29,078 nt of DNA. Origin: a virus (lineage: Duplodnaviria; Caudoviricetes). Position 1 is the first letter of the stretch. Each line of letters starts with the position of its first letter. The notes beneath the pieces were generated by a model. The model was not told the origin of the DNA and did not search any database. It saw only the letters and a list, made by a program, of their open reading frames with translations. Made by a program: the position numbers and the translations under genes. The DNA lies in IMG/VR virus record IMGVR_UViG_3300027362_000022, positions 1 through 29,078 of that record; one strand, written 5' to 3'. Positions 1-8,901 of this stretch are shown in pieces.

Positions 1-1200
1 ACTGGAGTTTTTAATACATCGCAGATTACGCAAGATCTAGCAAAGAAGTCATTTGCGGCGATGATTACGAGGCTTATGCCTAACGGCACTGCCCCGTTGT
101 TTGGTCTTACGGCACTTCTGAAAGAGGAAACAGCGTATCAGTTTGAGCATGGGTATTTTTCCAAAACCATGATCTTTCCGTCGCTGCAACTCGATGGTGC
201 CATACTTGCAGCAGATTCCACGCTTACTGTGGATACTACTGTAAACGTTCTTCCTGGTATGATTATGCGTATGGATTCTACCAATGAGAACATTCTGATT
301 ACTAACGTGATAGACGCAACGCACGTGGGTGTTCAGAGAGCAGTTGGTACTGTGTTTGCACAAAACGCTGCGGATAACGTGCAACTGTGGATGGTTGGAA
401 ATGCTTACGAAGAAGCGTCTCTCCGCCCGCAGAGCATGGTAATCGTTCCTACGCGTATTACCAACTACACTCAGATTTTCCGCAATACCTGGGCACTCTC
501 CAAGACCAATGCTGCGACTAGCACTATCGCTGGTGCTGGAAATACAGCAGAAAGTCGCCAAGACTGTGCTGCGTTCCATGCTGCTGACATAGAGAAAGCA
601 CTGTTCTTTAGTCAGAAGTTCCTGGGAAGCAGAAATGGTCAGCCCTTTCACACAATGGATGGTCTCATTTCCATTATAACCCAGAACGCTCCTGGCAATA
701 TCACAACTTTGGGGGCTACTACTAACTGGACTCAATTGGAAGCTGCTCTTGATCCTGCTTTCAACCAGATGACAGACCCAAAAGTTCCCAACATGAGAGT
801 ATTTTTTGTTGGTGGTACTTCGCGCCGGGTAATTCACAATATCTGCCGTCTAAACAGCACCTACTTTATTCAAGGAAATGAAACTTCCTGGGGCTTGCAG
901 TTTGATACAATCAAAACCCCGCGCGGAACCTTCAATATCGTAGAACATCCGCTGTTCAATGCCTTCGGTTCTGCTTCTACCTGGGCACGTATGGGGATTG
1001 GTGTTGATCTCTCTACTTTCAACATGGCTTACCTGCAAGGTCGCCGCACGGAAAATGCAGAGTTTAACGGAACAGGTCAACAAGTTGACAACGGGATTGA
1101 TGCAGTTGGTGGAACTCTTACAACGGAGACTACCTGCCTCATTAAGAATCCTGCTGCTGACGTAATTCTGTTGAACTTCACGGCTGCTGCGGTAGGGTAG
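1..1200 (+). CDS. Major capsid protein (DUF5309/SU10-MCP-like, HK97 fold), 5'-truncated
   Basis: Frame is open from base 1 (TGVFNTSQITQDLAKKSFAA precedes the ATG at 61), so the true start is just outside the window. Motifs GNAYEEAS, NYTQIFRNTWALSKT, DIEKALFF and TMDGL are typical of this capsid family; first gene of the structural operon. Confidence 0.85.
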   Translation, partial: TGVFNTSQITQDLAKKSFAAMITRLMPNGTAPLFGLTALLKEETAYQFEHGYFSKTMIFPSLQLDGAILAADSTLTVDTTVNVLPGMIMRMDSTNENILITNVIDATHVGVQRAVGTVFAQNAADNVQLWMVGNAYEEASLRPQSMVIVPTRITNYTQIFRNTWALSKTNAATSTIAGAGNTAESRQDCAAFHAADIEKALFFSQKFLGSRNGQPFHTMDGLISIITQNAPGNITTLGATTNWTQLEAALDPAFNQMTDPKVPNMRVFFVGGTSRRVIHNICRLNSTYFIQGNETSWGLQFDTIKTPRGTFNIVEHPLFNAFGSASTWARMGIGVDLSTFNMAYLQGRRTENAEFNGTGQQVDNGIDAVGGTLTTETTCLIKNPAADVILLNFTAAAVG

Positions 1201-1211
1201 GTATTTCTGGT

Positions 1212-1252
1212 TGGCAGATCCTCAAAACTGCCACTTTCCCCTTTTTCTTTTT
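1212..1252 (+). terminator. Possible intrinsic terminator or attenuator after the capsid gene
   Basis: TGGCAG (1212-1217) pairs with CTGCCA (1228-1233), followed by a pyrimidine/T-rich run. The stem is short, so it is probably leaky. Confidence 0.45.
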
Positions 1253-1263
1253 GGAGATTCACA

Positions 1264-1671
1264 ATGGTTCTGAAAACATTTCACCATCGGACTGCTGGTG
1301 CCTGTTTTATTATGCCCAATGGTCAATCACTATCTTTTGCTGGCGGGAAAATCACAACTTCTGACCCTGCTGTTATCACTGAGCTTGAAAAGATAGCAAA
1401 TATGCCATCTTCTCAAGTATACACAGTTTCTCCTGTTACGGGAATGGAAGAAGCTGCGGTGCGTGCAGAAATTGAGAAAAGTGCGACAGCTTCTTTTGAT
1501 GCAGCACATAATATCACTGGCCATGCAGAAACTGTCAGAATTCCTGTTCAACCTGATCTGCGCCCAGTGTTAAGTCAGCCGCGGCCAGCACCTTCTCCTC
1601 AAGATTCAGTGGAAAAAGCAAGAGCAGCCCTCGCAGCTAATGCAGCTGCTAGCAATTCCGCAAAGAAGTAA
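1264..1671 (+). CDS. Hypothetical protein next to the capsid gene (possible head-associated protein)
   Basis: 135 aa ORF with GGAG RBS; small N-terminal beta domain (GQSLSFAGGKITTSDPAVITEL) and an Ala/Pro-rich tail. Confidence 0.6.
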   Translation: MVLKTFHHRTAGACFIMPNGQSLSFAGGKITTSDPAVITELEKIANMPSSQVYTVSPVTGMEEAAVRAEIEKSATASFDAAHNITGHAETVRIPVQPDLRPVLSQPRPAPSPQDSVEKARAALAANAAASNSAKK

Positions 1672-1686
1672 CTCTCGGAGCTGCAA

Positions 1687-2307
1687 ATGTCACTCTTTAG
1701 TGATACGATAGCAGAGGTTTATACTCTTACAAATAGACCTGACTTGGTAGCGGAAACAATACTTGCAGTTCGCCAAGCTACTCTGTCTGCTCATCGTTCT
1801 GATTACTACTTCCGTGACATAACAGAGGCAGTTATCACCCCTACACCTGCCTCTGTTTTTCAATTCGATATTCCTACCTGGTTTCCAAGATGGCGAGCCT
1901 TTTCTTACATTCGCCCATACGACACGCTGACAGGAAGTCTTGCTTCCTACTTGGTAGACTTCCTAAAGCCAGAAGCCATCTTTGATGAATATCTAATTGA
2001 AAAGCAAAACGTAGCATACGTTGCTGGAACCAACTTGAATGTGAAGATGCAAGCTAATGTTGGTGGATTCATAGTTGGCTACTACCAGAATCCTGTTCTT
2101 ATCCCAGAAGCTAACTACAATTCTTGGGTAGCAACAGATCACAACAGTATTGTTGTGATTGATGCAGCAATTCGTGTGCTTGCAGCGATTGGTTATGAGC
2201 AAGCTGCAAGTATTTTGCGAAAGCTTCTTTACGATCCTAGTCCTGATGGTGGGCCTAGTGAATTCAACAAATTCAGAGGATCGAATCTTGAAGAACATGG
2301 ACGGTAA
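1687..2307 (+). CDS. Putative head-tail adaptor (tail tubular protein A-like)
   Basis: 206 aa, GGAG RBS; N-terminal helix with TNRPDL motif; size and position between capsid and tail genes fit a podoviral adaptor. Confidence 0.6.
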   Translation: MSLFSDTIAEVYTLTNRPDLVAETILAVRQATLSAHRSDYYFRDITEAVITPTPASVFQFDIPTWFPRWRAFSYIRPYDTLTGSLASYLVDFLKPEAIFDEYLIEKQNVAYVAGTNLNVKMQANVGGFIVGYYQNPVLIPEANYNSWVATDHNSIVVIDAAIRVLAAIGYEQAASILRKLLYDPSPDGGPSEFNKFRGSNLEEHGR

Positions 2308-2309
2308 CA

Positions 2310-4142
2310 ATGGCTATTAATATTTGGGCAGTAGTAGGCACTGTAACAGGGTTCATTCCGGTAACTGCGCTTATTGGCACCGCAGGTCAACTGTTTGGGA
2401 TGAATGAAGCTGGAGCAGTTGCTACCTGGAAGAACTGGTTGGTACTTAATGATCAACTTCAGGGGCCTGCTGGAACTGTTGGAGCGCCAAGCATTGCTTT
2501 TGTTGGAGATCTTTCCAGTGGTTGGTATAGACCTGCGGCAGATCAGTGGGCACTGTCGATTGCAGGTGTTCAGGCACTTCTGGCGCAGAGCACAAAGTTT
2601 ACTTTCAAGAAAGATGTAGTTCTTGACCAGAAGCTGCTCCAGACCGATAAAGGTGCGAACATTGCTGCTGCTGCAACTACTGATCTTGCGGCTGCTACAG
2701 GCAATACCCTCGATATTACCAATGCTGCTGGAAACATCAACCTTGCATCTCTTGGCGGTGCTACCATTCCAGCAGGAACTGCCATTGAAACCAAGTTTGT
2801 AATTATTGGTGGCTCCGTAACTCTAATCCACGATGCAGCAAGTCTTATTCTTCTTAGCGGTGCAAATATCCTTCTCCAGACTGGAGACTTTATCCGTTGG
2901 AGAAAGATCAATGATGCTGCTGCTAACTGGGAAATGGTAGGATTCCAGAGAGGAACAGCTTCTGGTCAGATTACTACTAAGGGTGGTTGGCTTGTTGGTT
3001 CTCTTAGTGGTGCAAATATTGTTCCAGTAGAGAAGATCGCACCTGCTAACAGCAATATCCGATTTGCAGACTCTACTGCTGTTGATGGTTGGACAGATGA
3101 TACGTTTAGGAAGAAGAACAAAATATACAATGGTTCTTGGAGATTTGATCAGATAAATGAAGGAACATTATATACAGCGGGAGCCTTAATTCAAACTGTT
3201 GATGGTTGGACTGCTTCTCTTATTGGTGTTGGAGTATTTAAAGTTCGGCGACTTACTGACCCAGACTTTCCAAGTCAATTTTGCTTAGAAGTTACCTGCA
3301 CTACAATAGATGCTGCTATTACTGCTGGGGATTACTACATTCTCAAGCACGCGGTTGAAGGATACGATGTATCTGATCTCCGTGCTGGAACAGCTACAGC
3401 CAAACGGATTACAATATCTTTTGATATGAAGTTTTCTGTTGCTGGAGTATATGGGATTGCAATTCAGAATAGTGCGGCAAACAGGTCTTATGTAGGAACT
3501 GTTACACAAAATGCTGCAAATGTCCGAGAATCTAAGACTGTTACTCTCACTCTTGATACAGCGGGCACTTGGCTGTATACACAGGGTATTGGACTTCAAC
3601 TATCTTTCTGTCTTGCTGGGGGTTCTGGATTCCAAGCTGCTGCTGCGGGTGTTTGGGGAGCAGGAGCTTTCTATACAATTGCTACTCAAGCAAACTTTAT
3701 GTCCAATGTGGCTAATATTGGTTACATTGGACAAATACAACTTGAGAAAGGTGCCGTAGCGACGGAGTTTGAGGATTTGAGCTTTGCGGAAGATTTAGCG
3801 AGAGTGCAGAGATACTACACTAAAACTTTTGACATTGGGCAAGCGGCGGTGCAGGCTTCTGGAACATTTGCAGGGTCGATAATAAGCGACTATGCTTATT
3901 CTTCGGGGGTAGGTTGTATAGGAACTTTTCAGTTTCCGGTAGTGATGCGAGCAACCCCAACGGTTATAACTTATAATCCAACGCAGGCGAACACAAATTG
4001 GAGAAACCAAGGAAATAGTGCCGACACCAACCAAACAGATACAGGTAGTTCGACTAGATCAATAACTCGTCAAGCAGATGTTTCTACGGTAGGTGGTAAT
4101 TCTTATAGGCTACATGTCACAGCAAATGCGAGGCTTTCCTAA
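2310..4142 (+). CDS. Tail fibre / receptor-binding protein
   Basis: 610 aa, Gly/Ala/Thr-rich, with mosaic fibre motifs: GTVGAPSIAFVGDLSSGWYRPAAD, KGANIAAAATTDL, KNKIYNGSWRFDQ (cf. RNRIINGDMRIDQ) and QLEKGAVATEFE...LARVQRYY. Confidence 0.8.
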   Translation: MAINIWAVVGTVTGFIPVTALIGTAGQLFGMNEAGAVATWKNWLVLNDQLQGPAGTVGAPSIAFVGDLSSGWYRPAADQWALSIAGVQALLAQSTKFTFKKDVVLDQKLLQTDKGANIAAAATTDLAAATGNTLDITNAAGNINLASLGGATIPAGTAIETKFVIIGGSVTLIHDAASLILLSGANILLQTGDFIRWRKINDAAANWEMVGFQRGTASGQITTKGGWLVGSLSGANIVPVEKIAPANSNIRFADSTAVDGWTDDTFRKKNKIYNGSWRFDQINEGTLYTAGALIQTVDGWTASLIGVGVFKVRRLTDPDFPSQFCLEVTCTTIDAAITAGDYYILKHAVEGYDVSDLRAGTATAKRITISFDMKFSVAGVYGIAIQNSAANRSYVGTVTQNAANVRESKTVTLTLDTAGTWLYTQGIGLQLSFCLAGGSGFQAAAAGVWGAGAFYTIATQANFMSNVANIGYIGQIQLEKGAVATEFEDLSFAEDLARVQRYYTKTFDIGQAAVQASGTFAGSIISDYAYSSGVGCIGTFQFPVVMRATPTVITYNPTQANTNWRNQGNSADTNQTDTGSSTRSITRQADVSTVGGNSYRLHVTANARLS

Positions 4143-4402
4143 TGTTCAAACTTACAAATACGGGTGGTATTATTCGTCTTTCCGATGGTGCAAATCTTCC
4201 TGTAACTTTCAAAGATGGAAAATTGGAAGAGTTTGATGAACATTCTCCATTTGTAAAAGAACTTCGCAGTTGGATAGCTGCTGGAAATGTGCCAGAACCA
4301 GCAGATCCGGTAGTTGTTCCTCCTGCACCAAAGTCTCTGGTAGATGAACTTATTGACCATCCAGACTTTCCGCGCTTGAAAGGTGAACTTAGGAAGCCAT
4401 GA
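4142..4402 (+). CDS. Tail fibre assembly / chaperone-like protein
   Basis: 86 aa, TAATG-coupled to the fibre gene; IIRLSDGANLP and WIAAGNVPEPAD resemble the small proteins that commonly follow phage fibres. Confidence 0.6.
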   Translation: MFKLTNTGGIIRLSDGANLPVTFKDGKLEEFDEHSPFVKELRSWIAAGNVPEPADPVVVPPAPKSLVDELIDHPDFPRLKGELRKP

Positions 4403-5976
4403 GTTACGATACCTACACCATTGCTCTTAACGTCGCTGAATTCCCATTTGTTAGTGAATTCTTCCAGCGGAGTATCACACTCCCTGGATTAGATGTTCCG
4501 CCGCGTGTTCCTAAGACAGACCTTGGAACTTTTGAATCCAAGACGCCTGAACTTATACAGCACTTCTATGCTGAGAATGTAATGCCAACAGCAGAAGGAT
4601 TGATGAGTGTAGGATTCAGGCAGATTATTCCCGGAATTGTAGGTGCTACTGATTTTGATGAAGCAATAACTCTTCGGGATGTGGATGAAAACGTATTCAT
4701 CTACTCTCCTGCTATGGGAAAGAATTACATTTACAGGGAAGATGCTGGAGTCTGGGGATCAAAGAATTCCTTTATAGCTGCACCTAATACTCTTGTTTCT
4801 CGTGCATTTGTAAATGGACGCACATTTGTAGGTTTTCAGCGTCAGAATGTCTACGAGTATGATACTGCTGCTGATACCTTTTTACCTGTAGCACTTACAG
4901 GAATAAATGTTCTTGACATTGATGGTATTAGTGCTAGCAACAACTATCTTCTTGCATGGAGCAACATACAGATAAGCTGGAGCAGTTTGATTGATCCTAC
5001 AGATTTTATTGCAAGCATCTTTACAGGCGCTGGGTTTGCTACGCCCCAAGATGTGCGTGGGCCAATACGGAATATTGTGCCTATTAGTGGTGGATTTATC
5101 GCGTATACTACACGAAATGCAGTAGCTGCTCTTTATACTAATAATGCAAGAGCGCCGTGGGCGTTTAAGGAAATTTCCAACACAGGGGGTATTATTCATC
5201 CGGAAGAAATTTCCTTAGAAGCTACACTTGGTTTCCACTACGCATTCACCAATACCGGACTTCAGAAGATTACTGCAAATACTAGTGAACCTATAAGTGG
5301 GGCTGTTACAGATTTTCTTGCAGGAATGGTGTTTGAATCCTTTGACTTTACAACTAACACATTAACAACTCAGCGACTGTCTGCACGACTGAAGGTAAAG
5401 ATAGCTTATGTTAGTGGTCGATATCTTGTTATCAGCTACAGTAAATCTCTCCCTACTTTTACTCACGCATTAGTTTTTGATACTGTACTTAAGCGGTGGG
5501 GAAAGCTGAAGATTGATCACGTAGACTGCTTTACCTATCCTTATCCTAACATCGTTGGGCAAATTTCAGAAACTCCTGCAAAGCAAAGTATGGCCTTTCT
5601 TGCAAAGGATGGAACGGTAAGTCTCTGCATACTAGATTATAGAGACTTCCAAGACCAAGGAGTGTTGCTTCTTGGAAGATTCCAACTTGTGCGCCAGAAG
5701 GTTGCAACATTCCAAACTTTGGAGCTAGAAAATTTGCTTCAAGCCTACGCTCCAAATGTGTATTTGATGATTAGTGCAGACGGTAAGAACAACAGTGCTC
5801 CTGCACAGCTATCTATTATTTCGGATTCTGGTAATCGGAAGACATATGGTGCTCCTGCTTACAGTGGTTCTGGTGCTCCACTTGGAAGAACAGGAAAAAA
5901 CTTTTGCATACTTATTACAGGCACATTTGAACTTTCTACCTCTGTTATCAGCATAACACGCCATGGAAATAGATAA
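4399..5976 (+). CDS. Tail nozzle / DNA stabilisation protein (P22 gp10 or tail tubular B-like)
   Basis: 525 aa, beta-rich; ENVMPTAEG and ISWSSLIDPTDF motifs; ATGA overlap with the previous gene; size and position fit. Confidence 0.6.
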   Translation: MSYDTYTIALNVAEFPFVSEFFQRSITLPGLDVPPRVPKTDLGTFESKTPELIQHFYAENVMPTAEGLMSVGFRQIIPGIVGATDFDEAITLRDVDENVFIYSPAMGKNYIYREDAGVWGSKNSFIAAPNTLVSRAFVNGRTFVGFQRQNVYEYDTAADTFLPVALTGINVLDIDGISASNNYLLAWSNIQISWSSLIDPTDFIASIFTGAGFATPQDVRGPIRNIVPISGGFIAYTTRNAVAALYTNNARAPWAFKEISNTGGIIHPEEISLEATLGFHYAFTNTGLQKITANTSEPISGAVTDFLAGMVFESFDFTTNTLTTQRLSARLKVKIAYVSGRYLVISYSKSLPTFTHALVFDTVLKRWGKLKIDHVDCFTYPYPNIVGQISETPAKQSMAFLAKDGTVSLCILDYRDFQDQGVLLLGRFQLVRQKVATFQTLELENLLQAYAPNVYLMISADGKNNSAPAQLSIISDSGNRKTYGAPAYSGSGAPLGRTGKNFCILITGTFELSTSVISITRHGNR

Positions 5977-6554
5977 TGGCAACTATTGTTGGTAGTAAGC
6001 TTCAGACTGGACTTCCTCAATTTCCATCTGGAGTTCCAGACGCGCTGTATAATCAGTTCTTTTCTATCTATCAGGCGATTAGCAATCTTGCTAGACAAGT
6101 TTCAGAGTTTACTGGTATTGATGCTGAAGATCAAGAGGTTTGGAATCAGCTTACAGTAGATCAGACTGTTTGGCAGATAAATCCTGGCAGGCTTTATGTA
6201 ATACAGAATGAGGCAATGGCATTTGGTGAGTGTGCATCACTCATTTTGGTAGGTGCAGAAGTTCAGGTAAGAAAAGCTAATGCAACAGATAATACACGTC
6301 CTGCGTATGGTTTTATTTCTAGTATAAACCATGCGTCTAGTGTGGGAAGTTTCTGTGAGGTAACTCTTGGAATTGGAATGATTACCGGAGTTGGTGGTTT
6401 GGCGGCGCCTCAGAGGTACTTTCTCAGCACCACATCTGGAGTGATTACTAATGGCGCTCCCGTTGCAGCAGGCAACATTGAGCAAGTAGTTGGTTTTGCT
6501 CTTGCTGGAAATCGACTTCTTATGAATATTACAATGAATTGGATACAGCACTAA
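5976..6554 (+). CDS. Putative tail-associated virion protein
   Basis: 192 aa; N-terminal helix plus a C-terminal domain (RKANA...AYGF...RYFLSTTSGVITNGAP...QVVGFAL) of a kind common in phage structural proteins. Confidence 0.55.
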   Translation: MATIVGSKLQTGLPQFPSGVPDALYNQFFSIYQAISNLARQVSEFTGIDAEDQEVWNQLTVDQTVWQINPGRLYVIQNEAMAFGECASLILVGAEVQVRKANATDNTRPAYGFISSINHASSVGSFCEVTLGIGMITGVGGLAAPQRYFLSTTSGVITNGAPVAAGNIEQVVGFALAGNRLLMNITMNWIQH

Positions 6555-6850
6555 TGGAACAGAAATCTCACGACATAATTGCTGAGGTTACTGACAGTGT
6601 TATGTGTCAGTATTCTGACCCTATTGTAATTATAATCTTTGGTAAAGAACCTGGGGTGGAAGATAGTCAGGAGATGGAAGATGAAATGCCATTGGAAACT
6701 GACAATTGGTTTTCTGAAGCGTTTTGGGATTCCATTATGGGTGGAGGTCCTACAGAAGTAGCAGGTGGAGGCGGTGGAGGTGGGAGCAGTGATTCACAAT
6801 ATGAGTCTCACATTCCATTTGCTGCAAATATGGCTCCACAAGGATTTTAA
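6554..6850 (+). CDS. Hypothetical acidic protein with a poly-Gly linker
   Basis: Start placed at the TAATG overlap (6554) rather than 6539; 98 aa; GGGGGGG linker before a short C-terminal peptide. Confidence 0.5.
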   Translation: MEQKSHDIIAEVTDSVMCQYSDPIVIIIFGKEPGVEDSQEMEDEMPLETDNWFSEAFWDSIMGGGPTEVAGGGGGGGSSDSQYESHIPFAANMAPQGF

Positions 6851-6868
6851 CCTTTAGGAGGATTTGGC

Positions 6869-7330
6869 GTGACGTTTCCTTCAAACACAGGCACAAAAAG
6901 CGATGATCTTGCTGGTGCATGGGAACTTGCACGACGCACTGCTGGAGGCATGAAGTCTGTCGCGCAGTCAACGCGCAATCAGTCCGCTGCTAGCACTCTT
7001 ACCGGCTCCAGCATTATCAACGTTACGGCTGGATTCGCTGCTGCGAAAACGATATTGCAGCGGGTTGCTGCGGTGCCGGGTATCGGTGCTTACGCTCAGA
7101 ACCAGGTCAACGATCCAACGCTTGTTATCGGCACTGAGTTTACCGCAATGGTGAACGCGCTCACTTCCTGCATTGATTGGGTGGTGGCGAACTATCCCAA
7201 GGACGGGAGTGGATTCCTGCTGGTGCAGACCATACTTCCATCAGGTCTGACACAGGAGCGAATCTTCACCGCCGCTGCGACTGCTGGATTGAGAGTGCAG
7301 CTTGATGCGCTGATCGCCGCAATCGACTGA
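6869..7330 (+). CDS. Hypothetical helical protein (GC-rich insert)
   Basis: GTG start with a strong AGGAGG RBS; 153 aa, Ala-rich. Confidence 0.7.
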   Translation: MTFPSNTGTKSDDLAGAWELARRTAGGMKSVAQSTRNQSAASTLTGSSIINVTAGFAAAKTILQRVAAVPGIGAYAQNQVNDPTLVIGTEFTAMVNALTSCIDWVVANYPKDGSGFLLVQTILPSGLTQERIFTAAATAGLRVQLDALIAAID

Positions 7331-7339
7331 GGGGCGTAA

Positions 7340-8017
7340 GTGACCGCTCCGACCTTCGTAAACCATCAGCAGTCGGTTTGGAATACCTCAGGCGCGACCA
7401 AGGCCGTCACGATCACGGTCCAGACCGGGGATATTCTAGTTGTCGGGTGCGTCGCGGCGGACTCAAACAGCGCCGTGTTCACCGTTCCGACTAACGATGG
7501 AACGGGACTCAGTTGGTCGAACCGCATCAGCTTAGTCTCCGCAAACAATGTAGAAATGGGGGTGTGGACTGCGCCGGTTGACTCCAATAGAACGATAGTT
7601 ATCACGGGGCATGAAACCACCCTCGCCACCTTTTGGGGAATGTTTGCAAGGGCGTGGCGGGGGTCTGATGGAGTTGGCGCGGTTGGTTCTATCGAAGGCG
7701 ATACCACCGCCAACTTTTCCGCGAACATTACGACTACGCAGGCGAACTCCGCAATTGACTCTGTGCAAGGCGATTGGAGCGCTGTATCGGGCGCACGCAC
7801 CGCTCTTGCAGGGGCGGGGGCGTGGACCGAAAAAACAAACGTCAATCTTTCTACTCAATACAACATCGTCACCGGCTACCACGCCGACGCTGGGGCGGCG
7901 GGGACTTACGCAGTAGGCTCCAGCGCGCCGAGTGGGCAAGACTTGTCGATTGGCCTAGTTGAGATCAAGGGCACAGCAGCAGGTGGAGATACTATAATGG
8001 CACAAACATTACTATGA
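7340..8017 (+). CDS. Putative beta-sandwich virion protein (GC-rich insert)
   Basis: GTG start with GAGGGG RBS; 225 aa, Thr/Ala/Gly/Ser-rich alternating strands (VQTGDILVVG) like phage surface proteins. Confidence 0.65.
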   Translation: MTAPTFVNHQQSVWNTSGATKAVTITVQTGDILVVGCVAADSNSAVFTVPTNDGTGLSWSNRISLVSANNVEMGVWTAPVDSNRTIVITGHETTLATFWGMFARAWRGSDGVGAVGSIEGDTTANFSANITTTQANSAIDSVQGDWSAVSGARTALAGAGAWTEKTNVNLSTQYNIVTGYHADAGAAGTYAVGSSAPSGQDLSIGLVEIKGTAAGGDTIMAQTLL

Positions 8018-8376
8018 GCTCACTTAAACGCTTTGAAGGCTACTTATTAATAGATCACAGTAATAGTCCTGGGCTTACGGAAGCACAGACACATGCTATG
8101 GGACTTCCACCAGGAGCTGGCCAAGGACTATTTGAATCTGCAACTATTACTTGTTCTCACTGTCAAGTAATTGTAATTAAGAATCCTGAGCGCAATCGAG
8201 AACGTGCTTACTGTTCAAAGTGCGGTCGTTATCTTTGTGATGCTTGTGGTGCTCTTTATGGACTTACTAAAGAATGTAGGAATATCTTTAAACAACTAGA
8301 TGTAGCACAAGAAGTAGCTGAGAAACAAAATTCTGAGTTTTTACTGTCCTTGCCATTAACTAAATTAGGAGATTGA
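8014..8376 (+). CDS. Zinc-finger protein
   Basis: 120 aa; CSHC...CSKC-x4-CDAC...C; ATGA overlap with the previous gene. Confidence 0.7.
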   Translation: MSSLKRFEGYLLIDHSNSPGLTEAQTHAMGLPPGAGQGLFESATITCSHCQVIVIKNPERNRERAYCSKCGRYLCDACGALYGLTKECRNIFKQLDVAQEVAEKQNSEFLLSLPLTKLGD

Positions 8377-8377
8377 A

Positions 8378-8887
8378 ATGGGAAAGCGTGTTTACTCTCT
8401 TAGCACTGTAACACCAACTGCTACTGCGGATACTGCCAACTTGGTAGATGCTACCTATGTTGGAGCTTTTAAAGGTGGTTCTGCTACTCAACGAACAATT
8501 ATTGATGAAATTGTTCTAACAGGTCAAGCTGCTGCAAGTGCTCCAACCTTAATGGAATTAGCCAGAGATTCCACCGTTGGCACTGGAGCACAAACTGGTG
8601 GTAATGATGCGCCACTTGATCCTGCTACTGCTGCATTGGCTGCTCCTGTAGGTGTTGGTAATGCTTTTGCAACTATTAAACCTCAGCGTGATGTTGCTGC
8701 TCAACTCTTGAATTGTGGTTTCAATGCTTTTGGTGGAATCTACAAGTGGAAGTCTCTGGCAGTTGATCGCAGTGATTCTCCGGTGCTACTTGGTCAAGCT
8801 GCTTCTTTTGGTGAAATGTCATTGTCAGCCTTTACAGGTGGAACTCCTGGAGCAATGGGTGCACACATAATATACGAGACTCTGTAA
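8378..8887 (+). CDS. Hypothetical protein, probably virion beta-sandwich
   Basis: 169 aa, AGGAG RBS, Ala/Gly/Thr-rich. Confidence 0.65.
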   Translation: MGKRVYSLSTVTPTATADTANLVDATYVGAFKGGSATQRTIIDEIVLTGQAAASAPTLMELARDSTVGTGAQTGGNDAPLDPATAALAAPVGVGNAFATIKPQRDVAAQLLNCGFNAFGGIYKWKSLAVDRSDSPVLLGQAASFGEMSLSAFTGGTPGAMGAHIIYETL

Positions 8888-8901
8888 GACAGGAGTAACA
8901 A

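Noticed and set aside
2310-4142. Diversity-generating retroelement targeting the tail fibre tip
   Set aside because: I saw no reverse transcriptase and no second near-identical template copy in the window.
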